Assembly: GCA_002269645.1 (NCBI GenBank)
Contig: NIVC01000977.1
Location: 186,001-250,000, forward strand
DNA from: Macrostomum lignano
Taxonomy: Eukaryota
Reading direction: 5' to 3'
DNA length: 64,000 nucleotides
Shown here: positions 1 through 11,200 of the stretch, piece by piece
How the letters are laid out: each line of letters begins with the position of its first letter
Numbering within the stretch: position 1 is the stretch's first letter
Made by a program: the position numbers and the translations under genes
The notes under the pieces: model-generated
What the model was told of the DNA's origin: nothing
Database searches by the model: none
Seen by the model: only the letters and a program-made list of their open reading frames with translations

Positions 1-590
1 CACAGACACACTGATTAGGTATTCACAGACACACTGATTAGGTATCCACAGACACACTGATTAGGCATCCACAGACACACTGATTAGGCACCCACAGACA
101 CACTGATTAGGTATTCACAGACACACTGATTAGGCACCCACAGACACACTGATTAGATATCCACAGACACACTGATTAGGTATCCACAGACACACTGATA
201 AGGTATCCACAGACACGCTGATTAGGCACCCACAGACATACTGATTAGGTATCCACAGACACACTGATTAGGTATCCACAGACACACTGATTAGTTATCC
301 ACAGACACACTGATTAGTTATCCACAGACACACTGATTAGTTATCCACAGACACGCTGATTAGGCACCCACAGACATACTGATTAGGTATCCACAGACAC
401 GTTGATTAGTTATCCACAGACACACTGATTAGGCACCCACAGACACACTGATTAGTTATCCACAGACACACTGATTAGTTATCCACAGACACGCTGATTA
501 GGCACCCACAGACATACTGATTAGGTATCCACAGACACGTTGATTAGTTATCCACAGACACACTGATTAGTTATCCACAGACACACTGAT
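1..590. repeat. 23-bp minisatellite (CACAGACACACTGATTAGGTATC), probably intronic
   Basis: About 25 near-identical 23-bp units running off the window start; ends shortly before the acceptor at 657. Confidence 0.95.
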
Positions 591-657
591 AGGGCCCCCA
601 ATTCTCATGTGTCCCCAATTCCTATAATTCCCACTGAATTCCGCATTCAATTTCCAG

Positions 658-771
658 CAATTCAACGAGTCGTCCAGATTTGAGCAGGCTCAAGTGAACT
701 GGCAGAGACGCTTGGCAATGTGCCAGAGCGGCGAACTGGCCTGGATTCTATATCACGTGACCAAGCAGTGA
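658..771 (+). CDS. Terminal exon, probably phosphoethanolamine N-methyltransferase-like
   Basis: TTTCCAG acceptor (AG 656-657), then QFNESSRFEQAQVNWQRRLAMCQSGELAWILYHVTKQ* (TGA 769-771). Resembles from memory the C-terminus of plant/nematode PEAMT (W-K-x-K-L...GEQ-x-W-G-L-F-x-A-x-K). Upstream exons lie outside the window. Confidence 0.5.
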   Translation, partial: QFNESSRFEQAQVNWQRRLAMCQSGELAWILYHVTKQ

Positions 772-1572
772 AATTACAGACTGGCCTTGACTAGACTTTG
801 CGAATACTGCCGTGTATTTTGAGCTGTGGTTCCAAGTGCATGAATATGTACTTTTCAAATATTTTAAGTAACTGTTTGAAAATAGCAAAGATTCCTACGA
901 GTCGGATCTAATTGTTGGATATTAAGGAGAAATTCCTGAAATTTTCTCAGCATTTAGCACGCAGAAAACAATGCTATAAGAAGATATATTTAACTGCATC
1001 ATTTTTGTTCATCTAGTACTTGTAGTCAGTTAATAGGCGTAAGTTTTAAACACTTCAAGAAAGAAATCTATTTTTTTATTGGATCCGACAGTTGTATTTG
1101 AGGTGCGAGACTACTATTAATAGTAGCAGTACATGTACTTATTTTACATGTTTGTATACTTACGAGTAGTCATTGAAGCGCATTGGTGCAAATGTAAAGA
1201 TAAATCTAAAAAGGATTTGCGAGATATTCTTATGGGCAACGTGCATTCACATATTTTCAATATGAATATTTTCAACGCTTGCACATGCCAATCTTCTGCA
1301 TGTAACTTTCCCAATTTTGGAAACGTGAATTCAAGTATTCATTTAATTTCATTTAATATTGCTGGAAAATAAATTGTCCGCGAAAATTTTATTGCAAAAA
1401 GGATTATTAGCATATAATGATTTAAATACCAAGCAATTAGCACTATATGTGAGTTATGAGTCTAATTATTATTTCTATGCGAGGGGTTCGCTATGGATTT
1501 TTTGTGGAGCTGAGGGCAAAGCCAAGAATTCTACATGACAAGATTACTATAGTTTTGGAATCGGTGTTGTTA

Positions 1573-3378
1573 GCAATCATTTTGGCGCCGCAGGCACTCA
1601 TTTTGGCGCCGCAAGCACTCATTTTGGCGCCGCAAGCACTCATTTTGGCGCCGCAGGCAATCATTTTGGCGCCGCAGGCAATCATTTTGGCGCCGCAGGC
1701 AATCATTTTGGCGCCGCAGGCAATCATTTTGGCGTCGCAGGCACTCATTTTGGCGCCGCAGGCAATCATTTTGGCGCCGCAGGCAATCATTTTGGCGCCG
1801 CAGGCAATCATTTTGGCGCCGCAGGCAATCATTTTGGCGTCGCAGGCACTCATTTTAGCGCCGCAGGCACTCATTTTGGCGCCAAAGGCACTCATTTTGG
1901 CGCCGCAAGCACTCATTTTGGCGCCGCAAGCACTCATTTTGGCGCCGCAAGCACTCATTTTGGCGCCGCAGGCAATCATTTTGGCGCCGCAGGCAATCAT
2001 TTTGGCGTCGCAGGCACTCATTTTAGCGTCGAAGGCACTCATTTTAGCGTCGAAGGCACTCATTTTGGCGCCAAAGGCACTCATTTTAGCGTCGAAGGCA
2101 CTCATTTTGGCGCCGCAGGCACTCATTTTGGCGCCGCAGGCACTCATTTTAGCGTCGAAGGCACTCATTTTGGCGCCGCAGGCACTCATTTTGGCGCCGC
2201 AGGCACTCATTTTAGCGTCGAAGGCACTCATTTTAGCGCCGCAAGCACTCATTTTGGCGCCGAAGGCACTCATTTTGGCGTCGAAGGCACTCATTTTGGC
2301 GCCGCAGGCAATCATTTTAGCGTCGAAGGCACTCATTTTGGCGCCGCAAGCACTCATTTTGGCGCCGAAGGCACTCATTTTAGCGTCGAAGGCACTCATT
2401 TTGGCGCCGCAAGCACTCATTTTGGCGCCGCAGGCACTCATTTTGGCGCCGCAAGCACTTATTTTGGCGCCGCAGGCAATCATTTTGGCGCCGCAGGCAA
2501 TCATTTTGGCGCCGCAGGCAATCATTTTAGCGTCGAAGGCAATCATTTTAGCGTCGAAGGCACTCATTTTGGCGCCGCAGGCACTCATTTTGGCGTCGAA
2601 GGCAATCATTTTAGCGTCGAAGGCACTCATTTTAGCGTCGAAGGCACTCATTTTAGCGTCGAAGGCACTCATTTTAGCGTCGAAGGCACTCATTTTAGCG
2701 TCGAAGGCACTCATTTTAGCGTCGAAGGCACTCATTTTGGCGCCGCAGGCACTCATTTTGGCGCCGCAGGCACTCATTTTAGCGTCGAAGGCACTCATTT
2801 TGGCGCCGCAAGCACTCATTTTGGCGCCGAAGGCACTCATTTTGGCGCCGCAAGCACTCATTTTGGCGCCGCAGGCACTCATTTTGGCGCCGCAAGCACT
2901 CATTTTGGCGCCGCAGGCAATCATTTTGGCGCCGCAGGCAATCATTTTGGCGTCGCAGGCACTTATTTTAGCGCCGCAGGCACTCATTTTGGCGCCGCAG
3001 GCACTCATTTTAGCGTCGAAGGCACTCATTTTAGCGTCGAAGGCACTCATTTTGGCGCCGCAGGCACTCATTTTGGCGCCGCAGGCACTCATTTTAGCGT
3101 CGAAGGCACTCATTTTGGCGCCGCAAGCACTCATTTTGGCGCCGAAGGCACTCATTTTGGCGCCGCAAGCACTCATTTTGGCGCCGCAGGCACTCATTTT
3201 GGCGCCGCAAGCACTCATTTGGGCGCCGCAGGCAATCATTTTGGCGTCGCAGGCACTCATTTTAGCGCCGCAGGCACTCATTTTGGCGCCGCAGGCACTC
3301 ATTTTAGCGTCGAAGGCACTCATTTTGGCGCCGCAGGCAATCATTTTGGCGCCGCAGGCACTCATTTTAGCGTCGAAA
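1573..3378. repeat. 21-bp minisatellite (TTTTGGCGCCGCAGGCACTCA), about 86 copies, inside a dispersed element
   Basis: Unit variants GCGCCGCAG/GCGTCGAAG. The left flank and degenerate units recur at 17260-17510. Confidence 0.95.
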
Positions 3379-4372
3379 GCGCTATATTTTGCACTCTGAA
3401 GAAAAAATTTCTGATTACCACAACGGGTCAGAAGGTGGGTTTGGGGGACTGCGGCTGGCGTAAAAGTACTTTATATTACCTATAATAAATTTTACTACAA
3501 AAGAGTAACATGTGCACATGCTGAATATCCGCAGGGTTCTCCGTTCTAACAACAGCACAGATTCTCCAAGCTTCCTTTTCTCTAGAACAGATCTCAGCGA
3601 CAGTAGCAGTGCAGTTCATTCCCACCTACTGAATGGAATGCTTCATATTTAAAATTGCTTCAAAATCGCAGGCGGCTGCAGCGGCGGCTGCTGAACCGTC
3701 CCTATTCCCTCTACCTCTTCTGCCTCTACCTCCTGACTTAGTGGTACTGGAATTACATGTTTCCATAGTTCGGGCACAACACCAGTTGCCGGGACAGAAC
3801 AAAAGAATGAAAATCTGAACCGGGAGGAAAGAATGAATACAATTGGCTACTAGCCGAAATGGGGGGTCTGCTTCAAAGCAAGACAATAGCAATGAATCGA
3901 ATCGAATGGGGGAAGGGGGAGATTGTGCAAAAAGCCTAACTGGGATAGGGTTTTGACACAAGTGAGCAATGGGGGGTTGAGTTGGGGAGCTCAAGACAAA
4001 AGCAATAAATTACAAGCAAAAATAAAAAAAACGCAAATAAGCAAAAGATACGCAATCTATATACAAAAAGCGTACAGTACGAGCGCGGGGCTTGCGATAA
4101 TGATCGCAAACACAAAACACAAAAATGAAAAAATAAGCAAAAGCCAACAAAGCGGAAACTTCACTTATTCCACTCACACCGCAGTCACACTTGACTCCAA
4201 TTTTTCACACCTAAAATCTTTCTTGATTCTCTGTCTTGAATCCGATCTCGGATTTTCTCGAATTGCTGCTTTTAAACTCACTGGTTCTCAACTGGGCTGA
4301 GGCCACAGCTTTCCGCAGGCTACTACAGTCTCAGTCTCTCTTTCTCTCTGAGCGGCTCTTTTGACTCCGAAT

Positions 4373-4556
4373 CAGTAGCGCAACCAGAAATTTTTCAAGG
4401 GGGGCGTATTCTGAGGGTAAAGTCCCGGGAGGGAGGGCGGCGGAGGGGTGGCTCTGTTTTTGGCGAAAATTCGCTTGGTCCCCCCTTTGATTTTTTTCGG
4501 TCCCCCGCCTAAGGGGGGGGCGACCGCCCCCCCGCCCCCCCCTGGTTGCGCCACTG
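4373..4556. mobile_element. 184-bp hAT-type MITE
   Basis: TIRs CAGTAGCGCAACCAG / CTGGTTGCGCCACTG (14/15 match); perfect 8-bp TSD CTCCGAAT at 4365-4372 and 4557-4564. Confidence 0.92.
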
Positions 4557-5877
4557 CTCCGAATAATTTTGATGGGTTAGTCAGCTCTAATTAACCTAAA
4601 TTGCAGGCGCCAATATGTGGGCACCTCATGTGTATTAACAAACATCAGATGAACCAGACGAGCGAGCGCGTCGCGACCGTGTCTGGAATAATCGAGAGCT
4701 CTCCTGCGTGGTATGGCCAAAAGGAAACTTTCCAGGTGCTGCTACGGCTAGACAGATTCACAATCCCCGTCGAGGTTGCTCTATTTGTGGAACTTGGACG
4801 TCTGACACAGTTCGCCCAGTGGCCCCTCTGTGTAGCTTTCACTAGCATTGACTGGCGAGGCGGATTACACCTAATAAACGATACTCGCTAACAGACAGAT
4901 AATACACAAGGAGTTAAGCAGATCCGTAGTGTAGTGTTCACTCCGCAACAAAACCTATTGGCACGGTCCCTAAGAATTTTGATCATAGAAAAAGCTATGG
5001 GCAGCAGGAAAGTTTGTCAAATATTATGACCCTATACGTTATTTTTATAGCGGCGAACCACAGAAGACATCCAGACAAAGCTGCCCTCCCCTCCTCTTGC
5101 TATCATAAAAATGAATAGCCACGGCGTTTTCTGCTCTCTGCAGAATCGTTAACCAGAGCGGTAGCTGGAATTCGCGCATACTACCATGGCACCGTGTGGG
5201 TAATTCTCTCCGCTTTCCTTACTGTATTTACATTAGATACCCCTCCAATTCTAAGAAAGAACCGAAAGGGCAGAAGCAAACTTCCAAACCCTGAATTCCG
5301 CAACCAGGAAAAATTACTTGTGCACTGGAAAACTGTACTACTGAAGTAATACCTACACACTTCCCAGACTCCTAGGCTAAGCAGATGGTAAATGTACGAA
5401 CTTAAAGTAACTTCAGACCTCACAATTCTGTACCCAAACCCAATTTGCGTGGCTGTTCTGGTGTTCCGGTAGCCATCAACCCCAGACATATTTTTCAGGA
5501 CATGGATGTCTGACACAGGAAACCATCCAGAGGCCCAACGGCACAGCAACTTGCCATTGTTAGCCGGAATACCGAGAATTTCGGTGGGAATTTGGGATCT
5601 CCGTTGCCACTTAAAGCGATTTATACCACCAAAGCCCGAATAGCGGACAACAATTCGTGAGAAGCACTCAGATAGAACACCCCGATTTAAATCGAAATGA
5701 TACTATGATCACACAGTTCGCTAATCCGACTGTCACATACTAATCTGCTACAGAGTATAACCTTTGACCCCAAAACCCGTGAGGCCCTGCGTATGAAGCA
5801 CATCCAATTAAAAAGCTGCCTGATTCTAAATTTTACAAACACGTCAAAAACTATGAGCGCTGTCAGAATTCTATAAT

Positions 5878-7568
5878 CAGTGTTGGGCACCGTTAATGAA
5901 AATCTTAACTTCCGTTAAAGGCAAAAGCGTTAGCGTTAAAACGAAAAAATCTTAACTTTTTAACTCCCAATTTCGTTAAGTTAACTGAAAATTAACTAAT
6001 AATCGTTAATAAGCGTTAATCCGTTAAATCCGTTAACAGAAAATACAGAAATCTTGCACATTTTTCCGAAACAGACTTCATAATGCACTGCTTTTGCTTT
6101 TCCATCTTTTTAGCGAAACACAGGTCATCCAACCGATTTACAAGCTAAAAAATAACAAATAATAATAATAGTAAAAACTTGTAAGTATAATACTACTAAA
6201 AGTAAGCATACGGTAAACGAAGTAACTTCTTTATTTGAAACTTGAAAAGCTAATTAGTTAATAATAAAATACAAATAGGAAGGTTGTTTCAGTGGCATTA
6301 GCAAGCCAGCAGAAAGTTACGAAAGATTGGCCGTGGTTTTGTCTCGCATAGAGACGCCTAACCGCAGTACCCCTGTGAAACTTGTCTCTGCCTGGCTGAA
6401 AGCTTGTAATGAGTGAGTAGGCTGGGTTGGAGGGTAATAGTGGATCGGGAAGGGCTGTGGGTAGCTGTATAGGAAGGCAGGCCTATACCTGTACCAAGTT
6501 GCTCTGACGGTATCCCTCAGGCGCCCTCTAAGCGTACAGCCAGCGACCTTATTAAAGCTGGAGTGTGCCAGAACCAGGACTGAGTCTGAGCAGGACGAGA
6601 CCGTTGGCACGGTCACTATAAAAATGGCGGGTTGGCGAAGCAAAGGGTGAAACAGTCCCGGCGAATAGCCCTCCTGCCGCTTCAAAGATAAGAGACTGTC
6701 TGGCAAGAGTACCCGGGGTCTAGTTGGGGGGGAGGCTCCTTCGGGTTGCCACGGCCGTGGGGGCGGTCAATTGACCGGTTTTTTGGCTTTTCTAACCCAG
6801 GAGTAGGCACGGGCTTCCCTGATTGGTTCTCTCAACCCCCACGGGCCTCGGGGAGGTTTATGATTTGTACCCGGGGGTAGAGGGGCGGTCGGCCCCAGCA
6901 TGGTTGCCACGGCTCTTGGCCTTCGGGCCTTCCTAATAGGCTGAGGGGTCTATCTAACCTGGTTTTTGGGCACGGGCTCCTGACTGGTTCGTCGAACCGC
7001 TACTGTCCCCCGGGGAGGTTTGGTTTTTATGATTTTGCCCTGTACAGTCCTCTATAGTCTAACTTGGCTTTTAGTGTACATTAGTACACTCCCTATTCAG
7101 GAAACTTTTTTATATCTAGTGGCGTAAGAGCCTATTTCAATGGCTGAGGCGCCGGAGTTACTTATTTTAGTTAGTTAGTAGTAGTTTCAGTGGCATTAGC
7201 AAGCCAGCAGAAAGTTACGAAAGATTGGCAAAGAAGAGAATCAAAGCGATCGATGCTCACGCGCAAGCAATAAAGTTCACAATTTTAATTCATTTTTAAA
7301 GTTCATTAGTAAGAACTTGTTACATCTGCATGATCATCGTCATAAACAGAGATTAATTAGGCATTTAAGTAAATTCGAATACATTCGTAATGTTGTAACT
7401 TCTCGTCAGACTTATATTTTTGTTCTTTCTTTGCGTCGTTAGTCTTGAAAAATAAAATAAAATAAAACAAAATAATTAACGCAAATTCGTTAATCCGTTA
7501 GTTCAAAAAAATCTTAACGCTTATTAACGCTTATTAACGGATTAACGCTTATTAAGTGCCCAACACTG
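5878..7568. mobile_element. Non-autonomous hAT element, copy 1 (carries a nested insertion)
   Basis: TIR CAGTGTTGGGCAC at both ends; 8-bp TSD TCTATAAT (5870-5877, 7569-7576); subterminal CGTTAA repeats; colinear with the copy at 19682-20538. Confidence 0.93.
6332..7183 (+). mobile_element. 852-bp insertion with 46-bp target duplication, retroposon-like
   Basis: 6286-6331 is repeated exactly at 7184-7229. The sister hAT copy has that segment once (about 20092-20140). The insert ends in TTAGTTAGTTAGTAGTA and has no long ORF. Strand inferred from the tail. Confidence 0.75.
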
Positions 7569-7957
7569 TCTATAATGAACGTTTTGGCCGAGGAAGCATT
7601 ATTATTCCGATAATGGCCTCTAGTCTACACGCCAAAAATTAATAGGCCTAGTTTAATTTCGAGTGATCAGTTCGAAACTTTTCTATTTAACAAAAGTGCG
7701 AGAACTATCCTAGGGTCTCTATTTTCCGCATAATAGCTGGCTGAAATCAAAACTGGAGAAATAAGCAGAGAGTCTGAATAACTGGTCAAGCTGAAAGAGT
7801 TATACGTGCGGGTTAGATTTTTTTATATGCTTTGGCTTTTTTGAATTTTCATAATTTGTTGGTTGATTTTTTGAATAGGCAGGCATTTAATGACAAGCAA
7901 ATCATTCTAGTAATTTTTTGGTTCCAGTAGCATAAATTTATTAGCGATTAGCGATTA

Positions 7958-8160
7958 GCGATCGATATATTGGGGTTCTCGATCAATACCGAGGGTTTGG
8001 GGCTTCGCGATCGATATATTGGGGTTCTCGATCAATACCGAGGGTTTGGGGCTTCGCGATCGATATATTGGGGTTCTCGATCAATATCGAGAGCTTGGGG
8101 CTTCGCGATCGATATATTGGGGTTCTCGATCAATATCGAGAGCTTGGGGCTTTGCGATCA
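7958..8160. repeat. 49-bp tandem repeat, about 4 copies
   Basis: GCGATCGATATATTGGGG... starts at 7958, 8007, 8056, 8105. Confidence 0.92.
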
Positions 8161-8253
8161 ATGATATGGTTGTTGGTGAAGCATTAATTTGCCATCAAAG
8201 CAAAAATGCTGCCCAAAAACATAGCCAGTTCATCACGCCAAATACCGCAGCTG

Positions 8254-11200
8254 CTAGCTGTAGTATCTCACTCTAGGCTTGAAAGTCTCAGTGACATTAA
8301 ACAGCGGCTTCCGCCTCTTCCTCATGTAATCATAGCCCAGGTGCAGGAAGCGGTGCTCAGCCACAGTGCTGTTGTCAGAGTCGTCCATGCTCCAGTTTTT
8401 CAACTTCAGCATGCGACAGCCGCGATCCAACCAGCGAAGAGGATTCTTACTCCCGGGCGGCTCTGCAAAGAGGAGCGCAGGCTTCGTTTCGTTTATTGGA
8501 CAGCGGAGAAAAGGGTAGAGAGCGAACTAATTAGGGATAGGGAAAGGATATACGAGTCTAGAAGAGAGATCTACATGTACACAGGGGAGATCGCAGAGAC
8601 AGTGGGATACAAGTATGGATAAGAGTGAGTGGGAAATTTTGGAAGAGAGCGGAGATCAGCGGGTAGAGAGCGGAGATCAGCGGGTAGAGAGCGGAGATCA
8701 GCGGGTAGAGAGCGGAGATCAAGGGTAGAGAGCGGAGATCAAGGGTAGAGAGCGGATATCAAGGGTAGAGAGCGGAGATCAAGGGTAGAGAGCGGATATC
8801 AAGGGTAGAGAGCGGATATCAAGGGTAGAGAGCGGATATCAAGGGTAGAGAGCGGAGATCAAGGGTAGAGAGCGGAGATCAAGGGTAGAGAGCGGATATC
8901 AAGGGTAGAGAGCGGAGATCAAGGGTAGAGAGCGGAGATCAAAAGTAGAGAGCGGAGATCAAGGATAGAGAGCGGAAATCAATGATAGAGAGCAGAGATC
9001 AGCGGGTAGAGAGCGGAGATCAAGGGTAGAGAGCGGATATCTAGGGTAGAGAGCGGAGATCAAGGGTAGAGAGCGGATATCAAGGGTAGAGAGCGGATAT
9101 CAAGGGTAGAGAGCGGAGATCAAGGGTAGAGAGCGGATATCAAGGGTAGAGAGCGGATATCAAGGGTAGAGAGCGGATATCAAGGGTAGAGAGCGGAGAT
9201 CAAGGGTAGAGAGCGGAGATCAAGGGTAGAGAGCGGATATCAAGGGTAGAGAGCGGAGATCAGCGGGTAGAGAGCGGAAATCAATGATAGAGAGCGGAGA
9301 TCAAGGGTAGAGAGCGGAGATCAAGGGTAGAGAGCGGAGATCAAGGGTAGAGAGCGGAGATCAAGGGTAGAGAGCGGAGATCAAGGGTAGAGAGCGGATA
9401 TCAAGGGTAGAGAGCGGAGATCAAGGGTAGAGAGCGGAGATCAAGGGTAGAGAGCGGAGATCAAGGGTAGAGAGCGGATATCAAGGGTAGAGAGCGGATA
9501 TCAAGGGTAGAGAGCGGAGATCAAGGGTAGAGAGCGGAAATCAATGATAGAGAGCGGAGATCAAGGGTAGAGAGCGGAGATCAAGGGTAGAGAGCGGATA
9601 TCAAGGGTAGAGAGCGGAAATCAATGATAGAGAGCGGAGATCAAGGGTAGAGAGCGGAGATCAGCGGGTAGAGAGCGGAGATTACATGTATATTATGTAA
9701 ACTGAAACTCGCATCGCTCCGGCAATTCCAACTATAAATATATGCTCTCAAAGCATGCTGAATACCAAGCTGGAGACTCACTGGCTCCGTGGCAGACACT
9801 CGTCCAGTTGGTCTGCCAGTCCATCATCGGGGAGGCCACGCTGGGTGGCAGCAGCGTCACCGGCCAGCTGCGGGCAGACCGGCTGTCTCTGTAGTTCTTG
9901 TAAACCTGCGTGAGAACAATCGGCCCAGTTGAGACTAAAGCTCTACCGGGTAGCCTCTTGGCGAGCACTTTGTGCATCATGGAACTGAAGAAGGGATGCC
10001 CCGGCACCGAGCCCATCAGGGAGTTCATGGCGCTGAAATTGGCGCCATGAATGATTCTGGTCAGCTCCAGCCGCTCCTGGTCAATGAAGGCCGCCTGCCG
10101 GGTGAGGCTCGGCCCGAACGGCTTCACGCATTCGACGTCCATGTCCAGGTAGATGCCTGAAAGGCAGCCACAGTTGATGGGAAAATCTGAGAGGATTCAG
10201 ATGAAGATCTGGGAGGATTCTGATAGAGATCTGGCAGGATCGCGATGGAAATCTGGAAAAATTCTGATTGAGATCTGGGAGGATTCTGATGGAGATTTGG
10301 GAAGATTCTGATGGAGATCTGTGAGGATTCTGACCAAGATATGAGGATTCTGGTGGAGATCTTGGATGCACCATATTTGATGACTCCATAAAAAGTGCAA
10401 GTGCAGCACCTCCGAACCGGTGCAGGATGACGTATCGAATGGCGTCAGAGCGTTGCAAGTTGTATTTGGAGCTCAGGTATGTCTTCAAGTATTGAGGATA
10501 CACCTTGGAAATAAGAGCCCTGGCATCGGAGTCCCGCCACAGGTAGTAAGTCCAGTGTGGGTTGAGCTTCAGGCAGCTGCTGATCATTGGCCGGTAATTC
10601 TCGTAGACCATCTCGGAGGCGAAGGTTTGGTGCAGAATTTGAGGAATGTCGAAGGCAGCTGGGGGATTTTCTTGTCTGTGATTGGCAGCACCCTGTTGAA
10701 CTCCATAAGAAGAGGTTGGATAGCTATGTGTTAGTTGATTGTCTTCAGCTGTTGCATAAGCCGCCGAGTTGATGTATTTGTAGCATAGAAGTGTCTGAAA
10801 TTACAATGTAGTTTGAGTAAAACATTGGCACAGTCTCTTCACTCTTCACTGGTGACCCCAAATTAGGTAGGTAGGCATACAAGTGACCGACAGCGTCTTC
10901 TACCAACAGCGTCTTCTACCAACAGCGTCTTCTATCAACAGCGTCTTCTACCAACAGCGTCTTCTACCAACCGCGTCTTCTACCAACAGCGTCTTCTACC
11001 AACAGCGTCTTCTACCAACAGCGTCTTCTACCAACAGCGTCTTCTGCCAGCAGCGTCTTCTACCAACAGCGTCTTCTACCAACAGCGTCTTCTACCAACA
11101 GCGTCTTCTGCCAGCAGCGTCTTCTACCAACAGCGTCTTCTACCAGCAGCGTTTTCTACCAACAGCGTCTTCTACCAACAGCGTCTTCTACCAACAGCGT

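Noticed and set aside
1456-3399. 647-aa and 624-aa ORFs on opposite strands
   Set aside because: A stop-free 21-bp unit (multiple of 3) gives open frames automatically; the flanks belong to a dispersed element and there is no gene context.
3600-5600. Short ORFs at 3626-4300, 4601-4891 and 5181-5549
   Set aside because: No recognisable domains and no phase-consistent splice model.
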